From a virus, in the IMG/VR virus record IMGVR_UViG_3300032267_001484: a stretch of 64,000 nt of DNA. One strand, given 5' to 3'. Shown piece after piece: positions 36,604-45,260 of this stretch; position 1 is the first letter of the stretch; each line of letters begins with the position of its first letter. The notes beneath the pieces are model-generated. The model did not search any database, was not told the DNA's origin, and saw only the letters and a program-made list of their open reading frames with translations. A program made the position numbers and the translations under genes.

Positions 36604-36834
36604 TTAAAAGATTTTACTTTGTTGTCTGCGCTTAGCTTCTTCAGCTTCCTTTACTAAACGAATCCAAGTCAAACTAGCATCTACAACAGCAAGTACAGGA
36701 GCAAATGGAAGAATAAATAATGTTTCAAGACCTGGTGTAGGACCAATTGGGCTATTACCAAAATGGTGTTTGTAACTAACACTCATTCTCCAAATGCAAT
36801 ATACTATGCTTACTATGTAAATGTACCAAATCAT
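36604..36834 (-). CDS. small membrane protein
   Basis: Two hydrophobic segments; TATATTTA promoter box upstream. Confidence 0.6.
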   Translation of the reverse strand: MIWYIYIVSIVYCIWRMSVSYKHHFGNSPIGPTPGLETLFILPFAPVLAVVDASLTWIRLVKEAEEAKRRQQSKIF

Positions 36835-36938
36835 ATTATTTATTTATATAACGTAAATATAATACTTTTCTTTGCTAAAACCAAATTTTCTTTAATATTT
36901 ATACTCGATCTATATTTTTTAATTAAAACCAATTTATC

Positions 36939-37109
36939 ATGAAAGATCAAGTATTAGGCCTTGTTAGACACGCACTTACATTTGTAGGTGGTATTATCAT
37001 TGCCAAAGGTTTAGTTGACGACGTATTGTTCCAAGAAATCGCTGGTGGTGTAATAACACTTGTAGGCGCTATCTGGTCTATAGCTTCTAAAAAGAAAGCA
37101 AACGTTTAA
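36939..37109 (+). CDS. 56-aa two-TM holin-like protein
   Basis: Hand translation MKDQVLGLVRHALTFVGGIIIAKGLVDDVLFQEIAGGVITLVGAIWSIASKKKANV*; ATATTTAT box upstream and a terminator downstream. Confidence 0.7.
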   Translation: MKDQVLGLVRHALTFVGGIIIAKGLVDDVLFQEIAGGVITLVGAIWSIASKKKANV

Positions 37110-37130
37110 TTTATTTCTATTTTATTTACT

Positions 37131-37156
37131 AGCCGGCTGAAAAGCCGGCTTTTTTT
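37131..37156 (+). terminator. intrinsic terminator
   Basis: AGCCGGCT-GAAA-AGCCGGCT followed by a T-run. Confidence 0.85.
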
Positions 37157-37160
37157 ATTA

Positions 37161-37266
37161 AAAAACAGGAAAGCAGAAGATGGGTGCGTGGACATCTACT
37201 TTTACGATTGGCGTTACTATCCGATCAGGTCAGGTATTACCCTGCAACCCTATCCCAATCAACCTT
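37161..37266 (-). ncRNA. candidate structured RNA
   Basis: GATTGG/CCAATC and AAAGTAGA/TCTGCTTT stems with an inner CAGG/CCTG hairpin; GC-rich intergenic sequence. Confidence 0.45.
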
Positions 37267-37272
37267 AAGTAA

Positions 37273-37479
37273 TTAATTAATTACCTCTGCTATAAGAGAC
37301 TCCGAAGCTGCTTTTACTTCAAACGCTTGTTCACCTTGATCGTTTAGATACTGAACCATTCTTGCTTCGGCTTCAGTAACTGATTGTGCATCTACTAGGT
37401 ATAATACGTTTTGTTTTTTTACTTTACCTTTATCGTCTTCTACTTTAAATTGAACTTTAACTTGGAAAAATTGTGCCAT
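37273..37479 (-). CDS. DUF4494-like protein (Bacteroidota family)
   Basis: FQVKV...GKVKK...YLVDAQSVTEAEAR signature. Confidence 0.75.
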   Translation of the reverse strand: MAQFFQVKVQFKVEDDKGKVKKQNVLYLVDAQSVTEAEARMVQYLNDQGEQAFEVKAASESLIAEVIN

Positions 37480-37484
37480 AAACT

Positions 37485-37763
37485 TTATTTATTATAAACT
37501 GAATAATCATATAAGTATGATCTGTATTTAAGAAGTACCTTTGATAACTTACCTCTTAATTTCATATCATCATGTGATTCATCTTCCTGGCGTTGTGGTT
37601 TCATAGCCATAAAATAATCAATATCATCATTTGTTAATTTAACTTGATCAGCAAACACCATTGCTTTAGCAAAGTTAAATGAACCTCTCATTTGCATAAC
37701 TGCCATTTTTATTTCTTCAGGCAATTTAAACTCAGAAAATTGTTTAGCTAATTCGTAACGCAT
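37485..37763 (-). CDS. hypothetical protein
   Basis: Promoter GGCA-N11-TATATTTA at 37783-37805. Confidence 0.6.
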   Translation of the reverse strand: MRYELAKQFSEFKLPEEIKMAVMQMRGSFNFAKAMVFADQVKLTNDDIDYFMAMKPQRQEDESHDDMKLRGKLSKVLLKYRSYLYDYSVYNK

Positions 37764-37809
37764 TTTTTAATTATTTATAGATTAAATATACAAAAGTATT
37801 TTGCCCGAA

Positions 37810-38409
37810 TCAAATAAGTCCTAAGGCTCTCATGTTTTCTAAATGATCTTCATCTAAATCCCATTCGTGTGTTACTGCTTTCGTTTGAACCACATCTTCA
37901 ACTTCTCTAACTTGGTCTGGGGTAAGTGGATCAGTAATAAGTAGAAAATAATCGTTGTAACAGAGTAACTCAAGATTATCAAGAAGATAATTATACTTAT
38001 TCCCATCCTTAAAATTTAATAGCAATGGTATTTTATAATCAGTTACTCTACGCTCACAGAAACCACAATGATAACATTCATCCTTTAAATAACCCTCAGC
38101 TATTAATCTTGACTTAATTTTTTCAACTGAAAATGATTCCCATCCTGTACCTGTTTCAACTATATTTTTAACATTAGGTTCTCGTCTTCGGTCAGGGAGG
38201 AATTTAGGTATTCCTTTTCCACTTTGGTTTTTATGTGTATCAAATAAAGTAGGTGAATTAGGGTCTAATTCGTCTACTCTAAATAGTTTAGCGTATGGTT
38301 TGTAATGTTGATATGAACATCCTAAGTAACGGGCAGCGGCACGATTTGATTTTGTGAAGCGCATTGCTCGCAGAATGTCTTCCTTACTAAGTGTTTTAGC
38401 TGCCGGCAT
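37810..38409 (-). CDS. HTH plus degenerate HNH-like protein
   Basis: SNRAAARYLGCSY HTH; CYHCG...LLLNFKDGNKYNYLLDNLELLCYND. Confidence 0.65.
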   Translation of the reverse strand: MPAAKTLSKEDILRAMRFTKSNRAAARYLGCSYQHYKPYAKLFRVDELDPNSPTLFDTHKNQSGKGIPKFLPDRRREPNVKNIVETGTGWESFSVEKIKSRLIAEGYLKDECYHCGFCERRVTDYKIPLLLNFKDGNKYNYLLDNLELLCYNDYFLLITDPLTPDQVREVEDVVQTKAVTHEWDLDEDHLENMRALGLI

Positions 38410-38411
38410 AA

Positions 38412-38825
38412 CTATTTTACTTTTTTATTCTTATCTTTCATGTAGTTAACCAATTCCCATAAATCACTTGGTGATTCAAGTGGAATTGGATGTTCATCCT
38501 TATCTAATAACTGATTTACAGTTCCATCAGGATTCATTCTTTCATATATGTAGAAAAATATAACTTCAGATGCTTCTCTTCCAAAATGAAGAGCAAATAA
38601 TCTATCTATAACTTCATAGAATTTTTCCTCATAATCAAACATATCCATTTTAAACTCAGCATGAAGTAAAGTTGATCTAACTTGTACTTCTTCCATCGTT
38701 AAAATTATCTTTTCAAATGATTCTTTATTAATATCATTTTCAGTTTTTTTCTTACGCTTAAGCACTGTATCAGACCCAATTATACTTTCAATTGATGTCT
38801 TTATTCCTTGAGTATGCTCTTCCAT
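38412..38825 (-). CDS. hypothetical protein
   Basis: Tightly packed ORF. Confidence 0.6.
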   Translation of the reverse strand: MEEHTQGIKTSIESIIGSDTVLKRKKKTENDINKESFEKIILTMEEVQVRSTLLHAEFKMDMFDYEEKFYEVIDRLFALHFGREASEVIFFYIYERMNPDGTVNQLLDKDEHPIPLESPSDLWELVNYMKDKNKKVK

Positions 38826-38828
38826 AAC

Positions 38829-39128
38829 TTAAAGTTTGTTTATTAGATCTCTACATTCAATACACCTATCATATTCTTCCTTTTCAACATAATATTCAAG
38901 TGCTTTTTCTAAAGATATTTTCCACTGATCTTTTTTCAATTCAATATAATATTCTGAGTCGGCAACTGCAAATAGAGATATTGATTTTTTCTTTTTAGTT
39001 ATTCCTTCTTTAATTGCAAATACAGTCTCATCCAGAACAATCTGAACTACTTCTGGTACCTCAGTTAACATATCATATGAGGTTTCAGGTCCTAGGTTAA
39101 CTCTAAATGTGGGTATTTTGCGACGCAT
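38829..39128 (-). CDS. protein with C-terminal UVR motif
   Basis: LEKALEYYVEKEEYDRCIECRDLINKL. Confidence 0.6.
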   Translation of the reverse strand: MRRKIPTFRVNLGPETSYDMLTEVPEVVQIVLDETVFAIKEGITKKKKSISLFAVADSEYYIELKKDQWKISLEKALEYYVEKEEYDRCIECRDLINKL

Positions 39129-39130
39129 AA

Positions 39131-39574
39131 TTAAACAGGAGGATTAGCTTCGCCGCCTCCGCCTCCGCTAATCGCATTTTTAATGAATAATTTAAAATCA
39201 GCAATTGGAATTAAAAATCCAATTACATTTGAATACGGAACATCCGTGTCTTGACTTACTGTTAAATTATACTGCGATAATCCTTGTGTTAACTTGGATT
39301 GGAGTTTTTGGGTTAGTTGTGCTTTAGCATCACCTTCAATAGCTTGAGGTAATGTAAATTGTACCTTAATACCTTTTTTAGTTGGATTATGATTAACGTC
39401 TACTTTAAGTTTTGGATTTACTGGGGCTTCAGATATACGTTCATCTGGACCAAGTGGATCATTAGGGCCTTCTTGTGGCTCTAAATCAAATTCTTCAGCA
39501 CTTATATAATCACGGTCGCGATCTTCTTTTAAAAGACCAGCCAATGTTTTCATTCTTTTAATTTTACTATCCAT
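39131..39574 (-). CDS. hypothetical protein, possibly virion-internal
   Basis: RMKTLAGLLKE N-terminus; ATATTTAT box upstream. Confidence 0.55.
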   Translation of the reverse strand: MDSKIKRMKTLAGLLKEDRDRDYISAEEFDLEPQEGPNDPLGPDERISEAPVNPKLKVDVNHNPTKKGIKVQFTLPQAIEGDAKAQLTQKLQSKLTQGLSQYNLTVSQDTDVPYSNVIGFLIPIADFKLFIKNAISGGGGGEANPPV

Positions 39575-39596
39575 TATTTATGTTTACGTATAAATA

Positions 39597-40154
39597 TTAT
39601 AAACTCTCTAATTTCTCATCAACAATACCACAATTAACAGCATCATCTACACCAAAATACCACTCAGATTGCATAATTTTAATATTATTTAATGTTTCCT
39701 GAGTAAGTTTTGTTTTTGATATTAAGTATTCATCACATATCTTATCAATGCGTTCTACTTCTTTTAATTCTTGTCTATGATGTTGTACTTTACCTTCAAT
39801 AGGATATGCCGCTTCATGATACATAAATGTAGCATTTCTACTTGCATAGCGCTCATGCCCAGCCGCGTACACTATCAAACCCATGGACATTGCTGTTCCA
39901 TAGCAAATAGTAAATATTGGAGTTCGCGAATTATCAATTGTATCTATTAAGGCAAGCCCACTATATACCTCTCCCCCAAATGAGTTGATTATTAGTTTTA
40001 TTGGTTCTACTTGCGTTTTTTTAATATCCTCTTCATTAATCTCATAAATAAGGCCTATAATATCGTTAACATTTTCTTGAGTTATTTCTCCTAATGTTAT
40101 TATTCTATTAAGTTTAACCTTATCCTGCTTCGCCATATTTTTAGGATTTCGCAT
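39597..40154 (-). CDS. clpP: ClpP-family serine protease
   Basis: INSFGGEV, G.AMSMG (catalytic Ser), FMYHE (catalytic His), A..CGIVD. Confidence 0.88.
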   Translation of the reverse strand: MRNPKNMAKQDKVKLNRIITLGEITQENVNDIIGLIYEINEEDIKKTQVEPIKLIINSFGGEVYSGLALIDTIDNSRTPIFTICYGTAMSMGLIVYAAGHERYASRNATFMYHEAAYPIEGKVQHHRQELKEVERIDKICDEYLISKTKLTQETLNNIKIMQSEWYFGVDDAVNCGIVDEKLESL

Positions 40155-40160
40155 AAATAT

Positions 40161-41351
40161 TTAATTTAGGAGCTGAGATTGGTAGTAGGGGTTATTATTT
40201 TCAATTAGGTGTTTTTCTAGACGATCCATATTAAATACATCTAATTTAAATATATCTAATTCAAATGTACCTAATCCTCCAGATTCAGCTATAATTTGGG
40301 GGAGCTGCTGTAATAATTGAAAATTATTTTGATTTAATTGTGAAGCATCAAATTCAATTAATATTTGATTTGTTTTAGGATCATTTATATTTTTAATTCT
40401 GTTACTTAAATCAAATCTAGTATTTGGTTGTTCTGCATTAATATAGTCTTGATAAGGACAATCAACATAAATAGTTGATGCAAATAGTTCTAATGTAGGG
40501 ATTAATTGGGGGTTGCAATTTTTTATAAGATAACCTATATCATATTTAGGAGAAACAATAGGATCCATCATTGCAGTATGTTGTACTGATGTACCCCATT
40601 TTCTGATAAAATCCTTGGTTGAATTATCCATTTCTTTTTTCCATTGTTCATGGCGTTTTTCATCTCCCTCAAAGCTACCAGCACCCCTACCTGTCAAATG
40701 ATATACTAATGAACTCCATGACTGGATAAATTTAAATCCATCTAATTTCATTCTATTAAATACATCTGAATCTTCTCTACATGAACGCAATATAGAGTCA
40801 TGCCCTCCTATAGATAGAAATTCATCCCTATACATCATCCAAGGAGCAAATATACCTTCTGTTGTTAAAGTTTCATTTAGTTGAGAATCAACATACTTAT
40901 TAAACTCATCCTTTTTAAATTCCTCAGGCCACATTCCAAAATCAATTTGAATTTTTTCTCCGTTATTAGGGTGGATGGGTGGTTCAATACGAGTTGAACA
41001 TACTACTGTTTTATGAAGTAAGTTTTGATAAGCTTTAAAATCAGCATCTTTACCCAACATCATATCAGCATGAAATATCATAAAAACATCAGTTGTTGAT
41101 TTTTCAATACAGTAATCATATGCTTTACCTATCCCAAACAAGTTTTTACCTAAATCAGGATTTACATAATATGTTAAATTATATTGATCTTTAACTTGTT
41201 CTAACCATTCAACTGTTCTATCTTCATCTGAATCTACAAATATGATAATGTCATGGTCTTTTCTAAATGCATTTTCTCTAATAGAGGGAATACATGTTTT
41301 AAGATAACGTAGATTTGTCTTACTAGGTATACAAAATGTTATTTTTTCCAT
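40161..41351 (-). CDS. glycosyltransferase family 2
   Basis: FCIPS, FHADM, EDSD and LVYHL motifs. Confidence 0.8.
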   Translation of the reverse strand: MEKITFCIPSKTNLRYLKTCIPSIRENAFRKDHDIIIFVDSDEDRTVEWLEQVKDQYNLTYYVNPDLGKNLFGIGKAYDYCIEKSTTDVFMIFHADMMLGKDADFKAYQNLLHKTVVCSTRIEPPIHPNNGEKIQIDFGMWPEEFKKDEFNKYVDSQLNETLTTEGIFAPWMMYRDEFLSIGGHDSILRSCREDSDVFNRMKLDGFKFIQSWSSLVYHLTGRGAGSFEGDEKRHEQWKKEMDNSTKDFIRKWGTSVQHTAMMDPIVSPKYDIGYLIKNCNPQLIPTLELFASTIYVDCPYQDYINAEQPNTRFDLSNRIKNINDPKTNQILIEFDASQLNQNNFQLLQQLPQIIAESGGLGTFELDIFKLDVFNMDRLEKHLIENNNPYYQSQLLN

Positions 41352-41352
41352 A

Positions 41353-41910
41353 TTATATCCAATGAGTAAATTTAATTCCTAATGCTTTAATTTCTTCAAT
41401 TAATTTAAACGTACTATCTTTATTTTCTCCATTTTCTAAAATAGCATATTCATCTTTATGAGAATGAAATTCAACAAATAAATCATTTATATATTCAAGT
41501 GATCCATCTGCTATCATTTTTCTCAACACAGCATATTCAGCACCTTCAATATCTAATTTAGCTACAATAAAATCATCTTTAGAAAAATTTTCTAATACAA
41601 ATGTACTTAAATCTAGACATTCTACATCTATAGAACCATAATAATTATCTCCTATATGTTTTTTATATATAGAAGAAGCATCAGTGTTTGGGTAAGCAAT
41701 ATTAAAAGTTACCACATCATTGTTAATATATATTGCTTTATTAATATAATGGATATTATCATGAGTATTTTGATCAGCATGTTCTTTCCACAAATAAGTA
41801 TTAGGTTCAAAAGAATATATTTCCCAATTCTCATCCATACTATATGCTTCTGCAAATTTATTTAATCCTTCTCCCATATGGGTTCCACAATCTAAAAATA
41901 CTTTTTTCAT
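41353..41910 (-). CDS. FkbM family methyltransferase
   Basis: FLDCG.H.G, SFEPN, KLDIEGAE and VEFH motifs. Confidence 0.9.
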   Translation of the reverse strand: MKKVFLDCGTHMGEGLNKFAEAYSMDENWEIYSFEPNTYLWKEHADQNTHDNIHYINKAIYINNDVVTFNIAYPNTDASSIYKKHIGDNYYGSIDVECLDLSTFVLENFSKDDFIVAKLDIEGAEYAVLRKMIADGSLEYINDLFVEFHSHKDEYAILENGENKDSTFKLIEEIKALGIKFTHWI

Positions 41911-42779
41911 ATTCTATTTATAAAATTTTGAATTTCTAATTGTAAGTTGTTTTCAGCTTGTGTTCTGAATTCAACTTGCTTGTCTATTAATGATAAATAA
42001 TTTTTATAAGGATTCCAACGATATTTAAAATTTTCTATAACAATAGTATTTGTTAAAACATATTGTTGGACTGGGTAATTTTTTTGTTTCATCATATTAC
42101 AACAAATCATTACATATAAATCATCGATCCCATAAGGCCCAAAAGAATCAGGCATATCAGTAATTTTAAGTAATTTTGTAGATAATAGATTAAACCATCC
42201 ACCTCCAAATTTAAATTCAGATATAGGAATCAAATTAATTTCATCATTAGAATTAGTTGTTATTACTTTAAAAGGATCATTAGCATAATATGTTTCCATA
42301 TTAGCTGGGGTATTGAGGTAATTTTTATTGGTGATTATATCCCAACTAGAATCCCACATTCTAACAGTTTGTGGAGATATTATATAATATTCATTTTCTA
42401 TTAGCTTAGAAGCTTCAATAATATAACTTAATAATTCAGGCTTAAATATGATATCGCTATCTAGATACAAAATATTATCGGCTGTTGTTAAACGAATTGC
42501 TTCTCTTCGTTTATCATCACATCCTAAACACTTATTATTTTCATCTACTATAAATCTAGTTTCAGCCCAATCCCATAATTTTTCTATTTGATAAAATTTA
42601 TCAATAAAAAATTGTTTTGGAAGTTGTGATTTATCCCAATCAATTAAATTAAGATTTAAAGTAATATCAATTATCACTTTATCATTTATATAATAACTAC
42701 CTAACTTAAATTGTTTTGATTGCCATTCAAACCAATCAATTTCATGAGGTAGTAAATGTATTACTATTTGTGTAACCAT
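41907..42779 (-). CDS. GT-A fold glycosyltransferase
   Basis: ILYLDSDI DxD motif; YGIDD. Confidence 0.65.
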   Translation of the reverse strand: MVTQIVIHLLPHEIDWFEWQSKQFKLGSYYINDKVIIDITLNLNLIDWDKSQLPKQFFIDKFYQIEKLWDWAETRFIVDENNKCLGCDDKRREAIRLTTADNILYLDSDIIFKPELLSYIIEASKLIENEYYIISPQTVRMWDSSWDIITNKNYLNTPANMETYYANDPFKVITTNSNDEINLIPISEFKFGGGWFNLLSTKLLKITDMPDSFGPYGIDDLYVMICCNMMKQKNYPVQQYVLTNTIVIENFKYRWNPYKNYLSLIDKQVEFRTQAENNLQLEIQNFINRI

Positions 42780-43869
42780 TTGTTTCTTTTTTTATAAAAT
42801 TTAAAGCAGATTCAATAACCTGATGCATATCATAATATTTGTATTCTGCAAGTCTCCCTCCAAATATAATATTTTTTTCTTGCACAGCCAACTCTTTATA
42901 TTTTTGATATTTAGTATTATTAGCATCATCATTTACAGGATACATAGGTTCAGTAAAATCTGCTTTATACTCAGTTGGGTATTCATAAGTAATCCAAGTA
43001 TTAGGTTGAGTCCCAAATTCAAAATGTTTATGTTCAATAATTCTTGTATATGGAGTTTCAATATCAGTATAATTCATCATTGCTGTTCCTTGAAAATTAT
43101 CTCCTCTATACAATTCATGTATAAAAGATGTGGTTTTATACTCCAATTCTCCAAATACGTAATTATAAAATTTATCTATAGCTCCTGTATATATAACTTT
43201 TTTTGCCTGTTTATTCCAATGTTCTTTATTTTTTAAATAATCAGTATCTAATTTGATTTCAATTTTATCTAATAATTTTTCAAATATTTGAGTATAACCT
43301 CCTATAGGAATACCTTGATAAGTATCATTAAAGTAGTTATTATCATAAGTAAATCTAACAGGTAAACGTTTAATTATGGAAGCGGGAAGTAATTTAGGAT
43401 CCTTTTTCCACTGTTTAGTAGTATATCCTTTAATTAATTTTTCATAAACATCTCTACCTACTAGTTTTATTGCTTGTTCTTCTAAATTAGTAGGATTTTT
43501 TATTGTGTCACTTTGTTCTGATATTATTTTTTTGGCCTGGTATGGGTATGATATATTCCATAATTTGTTAAAAGTCCACATATTAAAAGGTAAAGAATAT
43601 ATTTCTCCTTTATAATTAGCTACTGGTCTAAAGATAAAATTATTGAATGAGGTGAATTGGTTTATCCATTTCCATACTTCTTCATTTGATGTATGAAATA
43701 TATGGGGACCATACTCATGAATATTAATTGTATCTTTATTAGATGTATAACAATTTCCTCCAATATGGTTTCTCTTTTCTAATACTAGGCATTTATAACC
43801 TTTATCTGTTAATTCTCTAGCACATATTGAACCAAAAAATCCAGAACCAACTATTATATAATCATACAT
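42742..43869 (-). CDS. glf: UDP-galactopyranose mutase
   Basis: IVGSGFFG, HIGGNCY, YGPHIFHT, YQGIP.GGY and GRLAEYKYYDMH motifs. Confidence 0.96.
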   Translation of the reverse strand: MYDYIIVGSGFFGSICARELTDKGYKCLVLEKRNHIGGNCYTSNKDTINIHEYGPHIFHTSNEEVWKWINQFTSFNNFIFRPVANYKGEIYSLPFNMWTFNKLWNISYPYQAKKIISEQSDTIKNPTNLEEQAIKLVGRDVYEKLIKGYTTKQWKKDPKLLPASIIKRLPVRFTYDNNYFNDTYQGIPIGGYTQIFEKLLDKIEIKLDTDYLKNKEHWNKQAKKVIYTGAIDKFYNYVFGELEYKTTSFIHELYRGDNFQGTAMMNYTDIETPYTRIIEHKHFEFGTQPNTWITYEYPTEYKADFTEPMYPVNDDANNTKYQKYKELAVQEKNIIFGGRLAEYKYYDMHQVIESALNFIKKETNGYTNSNTFTTS

Positions 43870-44416
43870 TTAATATTGACTTTAATTTTTCAAAATTAAC
43901 TTTACAATTTAATTGCCAATCATGTTCACTTCCATTATCTGATATCCATTTATATGAAGTAAATGTAATTTGATGGTGGGAACATATCTGGGCAAGAGCA
44001 AATAATTCCATATCAAATATGCTACATTTTTGTAACATTTCTAAATAATGAGGTGAATATTTCTTTTTTTGTAAAGAATCATAAAAATAATCAGTAGTAA
44101 AACATGTTATTTTACTATTAGGATCTATAGTAATATATTTACATGTATTATTAGAAATAGTCCCATATGGATAAAGAGGAGTACAATCTATATCTTGATA
44201 AACAGCCCCTATTTTAACTATAGATCCTGCTTCTAAATTTAATGAACCACAAGAACCTATATTAATTATTTCAGAAAATCCATCATTAATAGCTTTATAA
44301 GCAGCTATAGATGCATTAATTTTTCCAACTCCACTAAAAATAATAGGATAACCAAATATTAAAGATTGATTATTTACTTCTTCAGGAAGAGCTACTATAA
44401 ATACTTTATTACTCAT
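43862..44416 (-). CDS. MTA/SAH nucleosidase-like protein (PNP/UDP family)
   Basis: SGVGKINA, INIGSCG, DMELFALA and KWISD motifs. Confidence 0.82.
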   Translation of the reverse strand: MSNKVFIVALPEEVNNQSLIFGYPIIFSGVGKINASIAAYKAINDGFSEIINIGSCGSLNLEAGSIVKIGAVYQDIDCTPLYPYGTISNNTCKYITIDPNSKITCFTTDYFYDSLQKKKYSPHYLEMLQKCSIFDMELFALAQICSHHQITFTSYKWISDNGSEHDWQLNCKVNFEKLKSILNV

Positions 44417-45257
44417 TTGCTATTTTATTATACATTTCTAACACATCATACATTTCATCTTTAGGACGTTGAGTACTAAAAAGAAAATGTACAATTAATG
44501 TATCAGGAATAGTACAATTGTGCATATTTAATTCTTTAGGTCCATCTATTGTAAGATAAGCTTCTTCAGCTGTTGGTAATATTCCATGATTCAAAGGAGA
44601 TATTTTTTTCATAAATTCTCCTGTCCAGCATACACAATTTATACTTACTTGAGAATTTAATTTCCATACTATTTTTTCTGGGGTCATTAATTCTTTATAG
44701 GTATTATTTGAATATTTAGATAGAAAGGTATCATGTAAATGTCTAGCAAACTCTACAGAATATAATCCAACTGGATCATATATTCCTTGGCCAAATAATT
44801 CTTCTTCTTGCCTTACTAAACCATACTGGGTAGAAATTAAGCCTCTATCTTGTAAATTTCTAGAATGTTGGGTGCTATTTATAATAAAAGGATAAATTAA
44901 AAAATATTCGGGATTATTAAGTCTAAATTGAACTAGATTTTCAATAGTATTGTCTGCTATAAACACAACATCATCATCAAATCGCACATATACTGTATCT
45001 TCATCTGTTGCTTTAGTCCAAAAAGGAGTTATAGATAAAGTTTGCTCATAAGGCCATTCAGGAAAAATTAAATTAACAAATGGATCATTTGCTGCTAAAT
45101 TTTTTAAATAATCTATATCAGATTGATGAGGTGTATTTACCCAAATATCCCACCTATCTAAAATATGTTTATTTTTACAAATGTATCTATATAAAATTTC
45201 TAAATATCTTTGTCTACCAGCTGGTGTTACAGCTACTACTTTGTAATTATTTTTCAT
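44409..45257 (-). CDS. GT-A fold glycosyltransferase-like protein
   Basis: TPAGR..YL, YVRFDDDVVF and SINC motifs. Confidence 0.65.
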   Translation of the reverse strand: MKNNYKVVAVTPAGRQRYLEILYRYICKNKHILDRWDIWVNTPHQSDIDYLKNLAANDPFVNLIFPEWPYEQTLSITPFWTKATDEDTVYVRFDDDVVFIADNTIENLVQFRLNNPEYFLIYPFIINSTQHSRNLQDRGLISTQYGLVRQEEELFGQGIYDPVGLYSVEFARHLHDTFLSKYSNNTYKELMTPEKIVWKLNSQVSINCVCWTGEFMKKISPLNHGILPTAEEAYLTIDGPKELNMHNCTIPDTLIVHFLFSTQRPKDEMYDVLEMYNKIANE

Positions 45258-45260
45258 TTT

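Noticed and set aside
36288-36635. ORFs 36288-36515 (-) and 36426-36635 (+)
   Set aside because: They overlap the tRNA-like and structured RNA elements and have no protein-like features.
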